Numbered from the stretch's first letter, positions 1 to 9,293 are shown. The stretch: DNA of 64,000 bases from a virus (IMGVR_UViG_3300037067_006488:1-64000), one strand, 5' to 3'. Notes: generated by a model from the sequence alone, not told the origin. Numbers and translations: made by a program.

Positions 1-240
1 CGGATACCAGAGTGCAGCCACCAACACCGGATACCGGAGTGCAGCCACCAACACCGGATACCGGAGTGCAGCCACCAACACCGGAGACCAGAGTGCAGCC
101 ACCAACACCGGATACCGGAGTGCAGCCACCAACACCGGATACCGGAGTGCAGCCACCAACACCGGATACCAGAGTGCAGCCACCAACACCGGATACCGGA
201 GTGCAGCCACCAACACCGGAGACTACAGTGCAGCCACCGT
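1..240 (+). repeat. 27-nt coding tandem repeat, 8 full units plus 1 partial (CGGATACCRGAGTGCAGCCACCAACAC)
   Basis: Units start at 1, 28, 55, 82, 109, 136, 163, 190 and 217 with no spacers. The full units vary only at the TAC/GAC and CAG/CGG codons. Confidence 0.97.
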
Positions 241-436
241 AGAGGGTAAAGAATCCATAGCAATAGTAACGGGTTATAAATCCAAAGCAAAAGGGACAAA
301 AGGTAACTGGATTGTGTTGACTGAACGTGATGATAATGGTCATATTCTTAATGTAAAAGCCGAAATGATTGACGGGGTAAAGATTAAGGAAAGCGTCTAC
401 TACGAGTTGATTAACGGAAAATTTACGGAGGTATGA
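2..436 (+). CDS. 5'-truncated phage SAATNTG-repeat protein (DUF7666-like, probable beta-solenoid)
   Basis: Frame +2 reads (G[YD][QR]SAATNT)n then SAATVEGKESIAIVTGYKSKAKGTKGNWIVLTERDDNGHILNVKAEMIDGVKIKESVYYELINGKFTEV* (TGA 434-436). This tail matches a widespread phage family. The ORF track used the wrong frame. Confidence 0.85.
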   Translation, partial: GYQSAATNTGYRSAATNTGYRSAATNTGDQSAATNTGYRSAATNTGYRSAATNTGYQSAATNTGYRSAATNTGDYSAATVEGKESIAIVTGYKSKAKGTKGNWIVLTERDDNGHILNVKAEMIDGVKIKESVYYELINGKFTEV

Positions 437-576
437 TAAAAGAATTTTGGGATTGGTTTACGCAACCCCGCAAGAAAGAAAAATGGGTGTTGGTAAGAGA
501 GGATGATCTGATAAGGGCATCCGAAGAATTGCAACGCCTACAAGAAAGAATAAAACAGCTTGAACAAAAGTCTTAA
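433..576 (+). CDS. small hypothetical protein (47 aa, coiled-coil C-terminus)
   Basis: MIKEFWDWFTQPRKKEKW...LQERIKQLEQKS*; ATGA overlap with the upstream stop. Confidence 0.6.
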   Translation: MIKEFWDWFTQPRKKEKWVLVREDDLIRASEELQRLQERIKQLEQKS

Positions 577-600
577 TTTTAAATCTTAAAACTTAAAAGA

Positions 601-771
601 ATGAAAACAATCGTGATTTATTTCGATGCAGAGAAGAAGCGTAAACAGGTAATCAAACCGACGGAAGCGTTTTGGAAGGACGGGGGAGACATAGGTGCGT
701 TGGTAGAACACATAACTAAATCAGATCGTGCCCACAATACAGCAAACTACTTTACCTTTCAGGTTCTATGA
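601..771 (+). CDS. small hypothetical protein (56 aa)
   Basis: MKTIVIYFDAEKKRKQVIK...YFTFQVL*; A-rich leader; ATGA overlap with the next gene. Confidence 0.6.
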   Translation: MKTIVIYFDAEKKRKQVIKPTEAFWKDGGDIGALVEHITKSDRAHNTANYFTFQVL

Positions 772-956
772 AAAGCATACCGGATATAATACAGGGGGAC
801 GAAGAAACCCTTTTTAATAGGGTGTACTCATCTTTAGAACACTTAGGGTGTTCAAGAAAAGGGCTGAAAGAGTTCGAGGGACATCGTAACGACGACGTAG
901 AGGAAATGATAGATGTGTCCTGCGATTTCTTGTCGGCTTGCGGATGTTGGGGATAA
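768..956 (+). CDS. hypothetical protein (62 aa)
   Basis: ORF track; translationally coupled to the upstream ORF. Confidence 0.6.
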   Translation: MKSIPDIIQGDEETLFNRVYSSLEHLGCSRKGLKEFEGHRNDDVEEMIDVSCDFLSACGCWG

Positions 957-970
957 AAAACCTGTTTTTT

Positions 971-1002
971 CTTGTTTATATCCCTTTAAATGTGTACTTT
1001 TG
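971..1002 (+). promoter_or_regulatory. Bacteroidota sigma70-type promoter (TTG-N20-TACTTTTG)
   Basis: -7 element TACTTTTG at 995-1002; TTG ending at 974; about 40 nt upstream of ATG 1043. Confidence 0.6.
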
Positions 1003-1042
1003 TACGGTTGCCCTTCCCATCGAAGGGACAAAACAAACAAAG

Positions 1043-1402
1043 ATGATAAACATAAACGGTAAACGGTGTTTGATAACCCTTGACGAGCCTTTTGTTGCTC
1101 CTGACGGGTTCGAATACAGGTCTATATACGGAACGGTGTATGTGCATAAAGCCGAAGATGTGTTAGGGATGATCTCTCGTGGGCACGCTAACTTTGTGTT
1201 AAGGGTATGCGAGGGGGAAGATAACGACAACGGTATATTACTCGCAGGGTGCAGGGCTAATTATATATGCCCCATGCCCACAATACCGCCTTATTGGAAC
1301 ACTCGCCTTATCCCTGTGCGGATAAAACAAGACCAGGTAGAGAAAACCGTAGATTTATGGATTGGATATATATATGTTGTAAAAGATGACAAAAAAAACT
1401 AA
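1043..1402 (+). CDS. hypothetical protein
   Basis: The ORF track starts at 938, but the promoter at 995-1002 and an A-rich leader favour ATG 1043 (MININGKRC...). Confidence 0.65.
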   Translation: MININGKRCLITLDEPFVAPDGFEYRSIYGTVYVHKAEDVLGMISRGHANFVLRVCEGEDNDNGILLAGCRANYICPMPTIPPYWNTRLIPVRIKQDQVEKTVDLWIGYIYVVKDDKKN

Positions 1403-1574
1403 GACACGGATTATTATTGCCCTGATATTTATAGGGCTGTATTGCTTCTTTTCTTATCTGTGGGGTTACGATCCCACAGAGTGGTCGCCAACAACAAAGG
1501 CCCTTGCTTTTTATGCGGGGTCTATGCTTATGCTTGTGTTTATTATCCCTGAAAGCAGAAAACCTAAAACATGA
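1386..1574 (+). CDS. small membrane protein (2 TM)
   Basis: Two hydrophobic segments, IIIALIFIGLYCFFSYLW and ALAFYAGSMLMLVFII. Confidence 0.65.
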   Translation: MTKKTKTRIIIALIFIGLYCFFSYLWGYDPTEWSPTTKALAFYAGSMLMLVFIIPESRKPKT

Positions 1575-1849
1575 AGGTTGTACGTGTTCTCGGACAGAAT
1601 ATAGACGAAAGAGTTCTTTGCGATTGGGATAACATTGTCGCAGAAGACAACGAAAAACTTGGATTAAAGAAGGGGGATGACTTTACGATCTTTTATCGCA
1701 ACAAAAAGGATCGGTGTAACTTTCAAGGGGAGATATATCCGGCATACGAACATCCGTATCACCCGCAAGAAAAACTAAACAGGCTTATAAACCTTAACCC
1801 CCTGCTTCATGTCATGATAAAGAAATTTGATTTAACATTAACGGTATAA
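1571..1849 (+). CDS. hypothetical protein
   Basis: ORF track; ATGA overlap. Confidence 0.65.
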   Translation: MKVVRVLGQNIDERVLCDWDNIVAEDNEKLGLKKGDDFTIFYRNKKDRCNFQGEIYPAYEHPYHPQEKLNRLINLNPLLHVMIKKFDLTLTV

Positions 1850-1851
1850 AT

Positions 1852-2031
1852 ATGGGAACAATAAAAATTATCGGAGAGTCGTTACTTGTGTTTGCTATTG
1901 TGTGGTTTTTTCTGGTTTTGACGACGAGATTTACCCTTTCGGTAGTAAAAAGAGAGGATGAAGACTTTTCTTTGTTGTCTGTTTTTTTGTGTTTATTGAT
2001 TGCGGCTCTTTATTTCCTAAGAAACTTTTAA
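1852..2031 (+). CDS. small membrane protein (59 aa, 2 TM)
   Basis: Manual translation MGTIKIIGESLLVFAIVWFFLVL...LLSVFLCLLIAALYFLRNF*; fills the gap between neighbouring genes. Confidence 0.55.
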   Translation: MGTIKIIGESLLVFAIVWFFLVLTTRFTLSVVKREDEDFSLLSVFLCLLIAALYFLRNF

Positions 2032-2034
2032 AGT

Positions 2035-2586
2035 ATGATAAATGAAAGGGGCTGCTGGGGAAGAGAAGAAGCGGAAACAAGACACGTCTTCGACGCTCCT
2101 CTTTGTGTTGCTATTGCTGATATATGTCGTGGCAACACCACTGTTTTAGACGTGGGGTGTGGTGTCGGTTCTTATACCAAACGATTGATTGAAGAGGGGT
2201 ATAATGCAGTTGGGTTTGATGGGTGTCTTGACACGAAAGAAATATCGGGAGGAGTATGCGGTGTTATGGATTTTTCCGAGCCCGTAGAGGTTGGTAAATA
2301 TGATGTTGTTCTTTGCTTGGAAGTTGGGGAGCATATCCCCAAAGAATATGAGGGGGTTTTTATAAATAACCTATGCAACGCAACAAACAATATGCTTATA
2401 TTAAGTTGGGCAGTCCCTGGACAGGAGGGTGACGGACACGTAAATTGCCTTGATAACTATTATGTAATAAAAGCCATATCGGATAAGGGGTTTGTATATT
2501 GTCACAACATAAGCACCGCACTAAGAGATGCGGCATCTTTACCTTGGTTCACTAATACAATAATGGTTTTTAAATGCAAACAATAA
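2035..2586 (+). CDS. class I SAM-dependent methyltransferase
   Basis: Motif I VLDVGCGVG; VGFDG; DVVLCLEVGEHI; ILSWAVPGQEGDGHVNC. Confidence 0.88.
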   Translation: MINERGCWGREEAETRHVFDAPLCVAIADICRGNTTVLDVGCGVGSYTKRLIEEGYNAVGFDGCLDTKEISGGVCGVMDFSEPVEVGKYDVVLCLEVGEHIPKEYEGVFINNLCNATNNMLILSWAVPGQEGDGHVNCLDNYYVIKAISDKGFVYCHNISTALRDAASLPWFTNTIMVFKCKQ

Positions 2587-3215
2587 CAGCGCTAATGTGT
2601 GTCCATTCTCAGGACGATTTACACGATGCTTTATTTGAAAAGGCGATAGACAGTATGCTAAATCAGACATATAAAGACTTTGATGTGGCTATTGTTTTTG
2701 ACGAGTGTAGGGACGAAACCATTAAGATAGCCAACAAGAAACTAAAGAACTATTTACAGATAATAAGGTCGAAGAAAAGCGGATTGTCGGATGCTAAGAA
2801 CGAGGGGATAGGTTATATAAACGCAGATTGGATTGCTTTCCTTGATGCTGACGACGAGTGGCTACCCACCAAAATAGAAAAACAGGTTGCGTTTCTTTCA
2901 CAAGCATCTATTATATCTACCCATTACTGGTTTAGAAACTTGGGCGGTAATCCCGAAATTACGGAGTCCTGTTTTTCAACTGAGGATTATATAACCCACG
3001 AACAAATAGTGGCCAGGTTGCCTTACGAGAACTGTTTATGTCATGGTTCTATACTTATTAAGAGGAATATTTTTGATAAGTTAAAATATAATAGAGAGCA
3101 CGTAGGTAAAGAGGATTGGGTGCTGTGGCAACAATGTGCAGAAAATGGGTATAAGTTTTATCAATTACCAGAGAGATTGTATGTTTACACAACCAATACA
3201 AGCGTAGAAAGATGA
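2574..3215 (+). CDS. glycosyltransferase family 2
   Basis: AIDSMLNQTYKDF, GLSDAKNEGI, WIAFLDADDEW (DxD motif), EDWVLW. Confidence 0.9.
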   Translation: MQTITALMCVHSQDDLHDALFEKAIDSMLNQTYKDFDVAIVFDECRDETIKIANKKLKNYLQIIRSKKSGLSDAKNEGIGYINADWIAFLDADDEWLPTKIEKQVAFLSQASIISTHYWFRNLGGNPEITESCFSTEDYITHEQIVARLPYENCLCHGSILIKRNIFDKLKYNREHVGKEDWVLWQQCAENGYKFYQLPERLYVYTTNTSVER

Positions 3216-4306
3216 CACATGAAGAAAAGGCGGAATTAATAAAAGAGTATGCGTCGAAATATAACGCAGATACGCTAATCGAAACAGGCACTTACTATGG
3301 TGACATGGTAGAATCGCAGAAGGACGTGTTTAAGAATATATATTCTGTGGAATTAGGCGAGGAGTTAAGTAACAACGCAAAAGAGCGGTTTAAGGGTTAT
3401 TCACACATACAGGTAATACAAGGGGATAGTGCCGTTATATTAAAAACGTTAGATTCTGTTTTTACGGGCAATTGTTGTGTTGTGTTTCTGGACGCCCACC
3501 ATTCTGGCAACGACACGGTGGGCGATCCCGACAACGATCCGATGTTGACGGAGGTAGCGGTGTTGTCTGCCAACAAAAACAACGTAATAATAATAGACGA
3601 TATACACGGTAAGGTGGCTGATGTTGAGAGGTTGCTCCTGGGGATGCTGTTTACCTATCTACCGGGGGTGATGGTATGCGAGCCGAGAAAGATTGCTAAC
3701 GTTAATTTTTCCATAACCACCGCCTGTAATCGTAAGTGTAAGAATTGTTCTTACGGTGCTCATTATAAAAGGATAAAACACATGACCGTCGGAGATATAG
3801 CAGAGGCGGCGATTTATTTTCAGGATTGCGACGTAACAATTACGGGGGGGGAGCCAACAATACACCCCCTTTTCCAAGAGTTAGCCCCCTCTTTTTCGCA
3901 GATATTCGGGAGGCCGGTGTCTATTGAGACCAATGGCTATGGTTTTGATAAGTTTCCCCACCTGTTTCGCTATTTTAAGAACATTCATGTTACTAATTAT
4001 ATAACCGGAGATTATTTTTCTCAGAAAGAAGACAACACGGACATTATAAATGGGTTTATCAAGGAGAACCCCGACTTAAAGATATATGTAAACAAAATGT
4101 TCTCACATAAGGATAGGCACGTGTTCGGTAAAAACATTTGTCCAATAGGGTCAAGCGTTACCGTTGGTTATTTTGATGGGAAAATATATCCTTGTTGTAT
4201 AGGCAATGGTTTTGTCGGGGCGGTGGGCATAGAACCAACAGAAGGATGGATGGATATAATACGCAACACGCCTTTTAATTGTAATCATTGTTTCTTTTCT
4301 GTGTGA
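3212..4306 (+). CDS. fusion of a methyltransferase-like domain and a radical SAM domain with a Cys-rich (twitch/SPASM-like) tail
   Basis: N-terminal LIETGTYYGD...VFLDAH...IIIDD; C-terminal CNRKCKNC (CxxxCxxC), TGGEP, SIETNG, then C..YPCC..CNHC. Confidence 0.8.
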   Translation: MTHEEKAELIKEYASKYNADTLIETGTYYGDMVESQKDVFKNIYSVELGEELSNNAKERFKGYSHIQVIQGDSAVILKTLDSVFTGNCCVVFLDAHHSGNDTVGDPDNDPMLTEVAVLSANKNNVIIIDDIHGKVADVERLLLGMLFTYLPGVMVCEPRKIANVNFSITTACNRKCKNCSYGAHYKRIKHMTVGDIAEAAIYFQDCDVTITGGEPTIHPLFQELAPSFSQIFGRPVSIETNGYGFDKFPHLFRYFKNIHVTNYITGDYFSQKEDNTDIINGFIKENPDLKIYVNKMFSHKDRHVFGKNICPIGSSVTVGYFDGKIYPCCIGNGFVGAVGIEPTEGWMDIIRNTPFNCNHCFFSV

Positions 4307-4307
4307 T

Positions 4308-4943
4308 ATGAAGATAATAAGTTATTGTTTGTGGGGCGGTAACCCTAAATACATAAACGGGTTATATAGAAATATAGAGACAATTAAAAGCAAGCTGCCT
4401 GATTATAAAATATTTTTATATACCGACAAACGTATAATTATACCCAGCGTTGATATAAGGTGTTCTGATCGCAAGCAAAACAAATTAATGTTTGAGAGGT
4501 TTACCCCTGCCTCGTTTTCGGACGTTATGTACAGCAGAGACCTTGATTCCCCTATAAGTGACAGAGAAATAGCAGCCATGAAAGAGTTTGAGCAATCAGA
4601 TAAACTGTTTCATATAATGAGGGATCACCCTTGGCACAAAACAAGAATACCGGGCGGTATGTGGGGGGCAAAACGTGGAGCCATACCGGAGATGAACTAT
4701 CTTGTAGAGGAATATGTTGATAGGTATAAAAACGAATGGTTTAGCGATCAGTTGTTTTTGGCAGACCATATATACGACAGGATTAAAGGATCGGCGATGA
4801 TACACGATTCTTTTAGCCTATATCCCGAAGAAAACGCCCTACCGTTCCCCATACCAAGAGAGGGTGATGACTTTGTTGGAATGTCGTTACCGAGGGTTGA
4901 GGAACACCATAAAATATTAAGGGATGCTGAAAATATTATTTAA
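4308..4943 (+). CDS. putative glycosyltransferase-like protein of glycan clusters
   Basis: KIISYCLWG, SRDLDS (DxD), FHIMRDHPWH, GGMWG, DQLFL; embedded in the glycosyltransferase operon. Confidence 0.6.
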   Translation: MKIISYCLWGGNPKYINGLYRNIETIKSKLPDYKIFLYTDKRIIIPSVDIRCSDRKQNKLMFERFTPASFSDVMYSRDLDSPISDREIAAMKEFEQSDKLFHIMRDHPWHKTRIPGGMWGAKRGAIPEMNYLVEEYVDRYKNEWFSDQLFLADHIYDRIKGSAMIHDSFSLYPEENALPFPIPREGDDFVGMSLPRVEEHHKILRDAENII

Positions 4944-7900
4944 TTTTCCCACAAGAGAACGTCCTGATAGGTTCAGGAAGAGTATAGATTCTATTATATT
5001 TAATATAGAACAAAAAGGCTCTTTTTATGTGTTAGTTAAATTAGACAAAGACGATCCATGCTTACAAGAATATCTATCTTTAAGGTCTTTATATACCAAA
5101 CATCCCATAATATGGAACGTAAGCAAATCCAAGAGTAAGGTAGATGCCATAAACAGGGATGTGGCTCTGTTAGATTGGGACGTTATGTTTAGTTGGGCTG
5201 ACGATATTATAGCCATACAACCGGGCTTTGATGACACAATAAGAAAAGAGTTTGAAGACCCGTACACATGGCCTTCTTTTTGGGATGGATACAGAAAAGA
5301 CGATTTAATAACAATGTGTGTTATAAGCCGACAGAACTATAACAAGTTCGGTTATGTATACCATCCTGACTACACGTCGGTATATTGCGACAACGAAATG
5401 ACGGAGATTGCTCGTATGCTTGGGAGATTGAAGGTTATAAAAGAACCACAAATCGTTAAACACGAACATCCGGCGCTTAATACAGAGATTCCTTTTGACG
5501 GTTTATATAACCTTAATGATAAAAGCTACGACAAGGATAGGCAGGTATTTGAAAGAAGGAAGAGCATTGGTTTTTTGGGTAAGAACAGGGAGTATGGTAA
5601 TGCCCCTTTGGAATATGCTGATGTTTTATATAAATATTTCGACCCCGACGATGCTCTTGTTATATTTGAGATAGGTGCTTGCGAGGGGGAAGATACCGTT
5701 AAACTGCAAAAGACTTTCCCTAACGCTGAGATACACGCCTTTGAGCCTATACCATACAATTATCAAATAAGTTTGGGTGTTGTAAACAAACATACGACAT
5801 TAAACCAACTTGCTTTGTCGGATCATATAGGGGAAGAATATATGTATGTTTCTTCTGGAACTCCTGACGATAATAGCATTGTTAATTATGGAAACAAGAG
5901 CAGTTCTTTACTCCCCCCTCATAAACACAAGGAAATTTTCGGTTGGTGTAAGTTTAATGAAAAGACAAAGGTTAGGGTAGACACACTAAAAAACTATGTT
6001 GTTAATAACGGTATATCCAAAATTGACTTTATCCATATGGATGTGCAGGGTGCAGAAATGATGGTTCTTAACGGGTGTGGGGATTTTATTGATAACATAG
6101 GCGTTATATTTCTTGAAGTCGCCAACATGGAGTTGTATAAAGGGCAGCCACTTTCCAAAGATATTGCCCGCTTCTTTTCAGGTCGGTTTAATCTTGTGTA
6201 TGACGATGTTACCGAGATTGCCGGAAACCAGATGTGGGCGAGGATTAAGCCTGTATTAAAATTTGCTTCAATACCTAAACTTTGTATTAATCTGCCTCAA
6301 TCCGTTGACCGCAGATACGCCATAAAACAACAGTTTAATAGAAAGGGGCTGGATGTTGAGTTTTTTGATGCGGTAGAAGGCAGGGGCATAAAGCCACAAG
6401 AACAAATGTCATCAACAGAAATAGCCTGTTTACGGTCACACAAGGGCGCTATAAAGATAGCTAAAGACAGGGGTTATGATAGTGTGTTTGTGTGTGAGGA
6501 TGATATTGTCTTTTGCGATGATTTCTGGAAGAGAATAAAATACATAGAGTCCCTGAATCTTGATTACGATATGTTTTTCCTTGGTGGACATTTCGCCACC
6601 CCTGATAGCATATATAAAGACGCAATACCCACAATACACGATAATATATGGAGGGTCACAAGGGCAGCAGGGGCTTATGCTTATATAGCAAAGAGTTCTG
6701 TTTACGACAGGATATTGGACGCTGAAGAAAACTTGGCGACAGATGCTTTTTATTGTTTTATTTTACAGCGACAGATAAACGCTTATGCTTTCGTTCCTTT
6801 TCTTGTTTCTTGTGCGCCTTGTTTGTCTACAATAACAAAACAGTATACCGACTATCCACAGGTCAAGTGGTTTTATGCTCAAAATTTAGATGATATGATA
6901 ACATTTAGTAAGTTGGGTTCTTATGGGAGGTTGGGGAATCAGTTGTTTCAAGTTGCAGCAACGTTAGCGTTGGGCAGAGAAAGGGGTATTGCTGCAAAGT
7001 TGCCCCCACGTTGGATATACAGAGATTATTTTGGTATACCAGACGAATACTATGGGGGCGTGTCTCCCGACATTCTTGTTCATGTAAAAGAGTTTCATTA
7101 TGACACCAGTGCTTTAAGGCGTGCTGATTTCGATAAGAACGTTGATTTGTTCGGATATTTTCAATCGGAGAAATATTTTCTAAATATAAAAGATGATATA
7201 TTAAAGTGGTTCACGCCCGAAGTTAAGAAACTTGATAAATGGTCTGTCGGTATACACATTAGGAGGGGTGATTATGTGGGTAATCCTGCACACGTAAACT
7301 TACGCCCCGAATATTACATAAGTGCAATAGATAAATATTTCAGCGATAAAAGATATAAGTTTTATATATGCACCGACGATGTGGAGTATGCGAGGCTGCA
7401 TTTTAAAGGAGAACAGTTTGTAATAGAGGAGAGAACCGAGTTACAGGATTTTGAGATACTTGTTTCATGTCGCAACCACATCCTCGCTAATAGTTCTTTT
7501 AGTTGGTGGGGGGCTTATCTTGCGAGGAGCGATAAGGCCATAAGACCGCACGAGTCTTTTAGCGGGGTTCTTTCGGGTCTTAGCGACAAGGACTATTGGC
7601 TTGATGATTGGATATGCCATGATGATTATAGGACTGATATATCAGATGTAACTTTTATTATTCCGTTCAAATACGACCACCCCGACAGGTTGGCCAATAT
7701 AAATATGGTCATAAAGATGATAACCAACGCCTTCAAGACAAACATTATAATAGGAGAACAAGGGGGGAGGGTATTACGGGTAAAATATCCTAAAGAGTGG
7801 GTTGATCTTAATTTTGTAAAAGACTTTCACAGAACAAGGATGTGCAATATACTAACAGCATTAGCAAAAACAAATATTGTTGTTAATATAGACACGGACA

Positions 7901-9246
7901 TTATATTGCCTCCTTATCAGATATATGAAATGGTGAAGAGGCTAAGGGCGGGGGATGAGTTTGTCTTCCCTTATGATGGTACGTTTGTTCGTGTGGGCAA
8001 CGGCATATACGATAGGGACGATAGTTATGTAAACATGATTAAACAGTCTTGGGATGTCGGCATATTAAGGGGTTTGGTGTTTTATGGTATGCAGAAGGAC
8101 GCAAAAGAAAGCATGGGCGGTGTGTTCGGTTATAAGAAAGACATATATTTTAAATACGGGGGAGAGAATGAGAATTATGTTTCTTATGCACCGGAGGATG
8201 CTGACAGGGCGCATAGATTCAAAATGTTCGCTAAGTACAGCCGTGTTCCTGGTTCAATATACCACATCAACCATTTTTGCGGTGTTGATAGCTCAAGCTG
8301 CAACCCTCATTTTAAGACTTCTCTAAAAGAGTGGGACAAGGTTTCTAAAATGGATAAAGATGAGCTTCTCTCGTATATAAAGACGTGGAAGTGGAATTAC
8401 GACAATATAAAGGAAATATCTGATTTAGGAGAGGCGTTAATAATGCCCGTTGCCAAAGAGAGGGTTGATTTAAGGGACGTTACTTTTATTATTCCGGTTA
8501 AATACGATCACCCCGACAGAAAAGAAAATTTAGACACAATACTTGCTTATATCAAGAAGTGGTTTAATGCCCCTGTTATTGTCGGGGAACAAGGAGGAAA
8601 TAGTTTTGGATATGTTGCAGGAAAAAATGTGCAATATATAAAGTTTGATGAGGTTTATTTTCATCGGACAAAGATGATAAACGACATGGTAAGAGAAGCC
8701 AATACACCTATTGTGTTTAATTGGGATGCCGACATAGTGATTGACCCACAACAAGTAATAGAGGCAATAAAAAAACTAAAAGATGCTTATTTTGTTTATC
8801 CTTATGACGGGCGTTTTGTTCGTCTACCAAGAGAGTGTGTTAGTGTGTTTCAGCAGAATGATTATGATGTAACATCTTTATTTGGGCTTGGCGACCACAA
8901 ATGGTATGAGCGGTACGATTCTGTTGGTGGTGTTATAGGCTTCAGGGTAGATAAGTTTTGGGAGGGCGGTGGAGAGAACGAAAACTTCATAAGTCATGGC
9001 GCTGAAGATGTATCCCGTGCATATCGCTTCACAACAATATACGGAGAGGACAAGGTTGTAAGAGTTGACGGGGTGTTGTTTCATTTCGACCATTACCGAT
9101 CTCAGGATTCAAAACACAACAATGAGTTTTATGTCCTTAATAATTCAGCATTGCGGATAACAAAAAGCAAGAATAGAGATCAGTTATTAGAATATATAAG
9201 ACGCTGGCCTTGGTCACACAAACACAATAAAAAACCCCTCTTATGA
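4924..9246 (+). CDS. 1440-aa multidomain glycan enzyme: GT-A + FkbM methyltransferase + GT25 + GT11 (alpha-1,2-fucosyltransferase-like) + two GT-A/GT7C-like domains
   Basis: FPTRERP/WADD; FEIGACEG/IHMDVQGAE; CINLPQSVDRR/CEDDI; GRLGNQLFQ/HIRRGDY/NSSFSWWGA; duplicated TFIIPxKYDHPDR and GGENENxxSxxxED. Confidence 0.88.
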   Translation: MLKILFNFPTRERPDRFRKSIDSIIFNIEQKGSFYVLVKLDKDDPCLQEYLSLRSLYTKHPIIWNVSKSKSKVDAINRDVALLDWDVMFSWADDIIAIQPGFDDTIRKEFEDPYTWPSFWDGYRKDDLITMCVISRQNYNKFGYVYHPDYTSVYCDNEMTEIARMLGRLKVIKEPQIVKHEHPALNTEIPFDGLYNLNDKSYDKDRQVFERRKSIGFLGKNREYGNAPLEYADVLYKYFDPDDALVIFEIGACEGEDTVKLQKTFPNAEIHAFEPIPYNYQISLGVVNKHTTLNQLALSDHIGEEYMYVSSGTPDDNSIVNYGNKSSSLLPPHKHKEIFGWCKFNEKTKVRVDTLKNYVVNNGISKIDFIHMDVQGAEMMVLNGCGDFIDNIGVIFLEVANMELYKGQPLSKDIARFFSGRFNLVYDDVTEIAGNQMWARIKPVLKFASIPKLCINLPQSVDRRYAIKQQFNRKGLDVEFFDAVEGRGIKPQEQMSSTEIACLRSHKGAIKIAKDRGYDSVFVCEDDIVFCDDFWKRIKYIESLNLDYDMFFLGGHFATPDSIYKDAIPTIHDNIWRVTRAAGAYAYIAKSSVYDRILDAEENLATDAFYCFILQRQINAYAFVPFLVSCAPCLSTITKQYTDYPQVKWFYAQNLDDMITFSKLGSYGRLGNQLFQVAATLALGRERGIAAKLPPRWIYRDYFGIPDEYYGGVSPDILVHVKEFHYDTSALRRADFDKNVDLFGYFQSEKYFLNIKDDILKWFTPEVKKLDKWSVGIHIRRGDYVGNPAHVNLRPEYYISAIDKYFSDKRYKFYICTDDVEYARLHFKGEQFVIEERTELQDFEILVSCRNHILANSSFSWWGAYLARSDKAIRPHESFSGVLSGLSDKDYWLDDWICHDDYRTDISDVTFIIPFKYDHPDRLANINMVIKMITNAFKTNIIIGEQGGRVLRVKYPKEWVDLNFVKDFHRTRMCNILTALAKTNIVVNIDTDIILPPYQIYEMVKRLRAGDEFVFPYDGTFVRVGNGIYDRDDSYVNMIKQSWDVGILRGLVFYGMQKDAKESMGGVFGYKKDIYFKYGGENENYVSYAPEDADRAHRFKMFAKYSRVPGSIYHINHFCGVDSSSCNPHFKTSLKEWDKVSKMDKDELLSYIKTWKWNYDNIKEISDLGEALIMPVAKERVDLRDVTFIIPVKYDHPDRKENLDTILAYIKKWFNAPVIVGEQGGNSFGYVAGKNVQYIKFDEVYFHRTKMINDMVREANTPIVFNWDADIVIDPQQVIEAIKKLKDAYFVYPYDGRFVRLPRECVSVFQQNDYDVTSLFGLGDHKWYERYDSVGGVIGFRVDKFWEGGGENENFISHGAEDVSRAYRFTTIYGEDKVVRVDGVLFHFDHYRSQDSKHNNEFYVLNNSALRITKSKNRDQLLEYIRRWPWSHKHNKKPLL

Positions 9247-9261
9247 GGGGCTTTTGGTTTT
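9228..9261 (+). terminator. intrinsic terminator, probably bidirectional
   Basis: CCCCTC-TTAT-GAGGGG hairpin (9235-9250) with an A-run before and a T-rich tail after, at the end of the glycosyltransferase operon. Confidence 0.8.
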
Positions 9262-9293
9262 AGTTGAACCTGGATAATTGCGCCTTAACATGG

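Noticed and set aside
1-240. CRISPR mini-array
   Set aside because: Units are contiguous with no unique spacers, the length is a multiple of 3, and the region is coding.
12-242. ORF-track protein (QPPTPDTGV)n
   Set aside because: Wrong frame of the repeat. Frame +2 (SAATNTG) continues into a recognisable C-terminal domain ending at 436.
1100-1125. tRNA T-loop-like GGTTCGAAT
   Set aside because: Lies inside a coding region with no acceptor or anticodon stems. I recognised no tRNA genes in the window.
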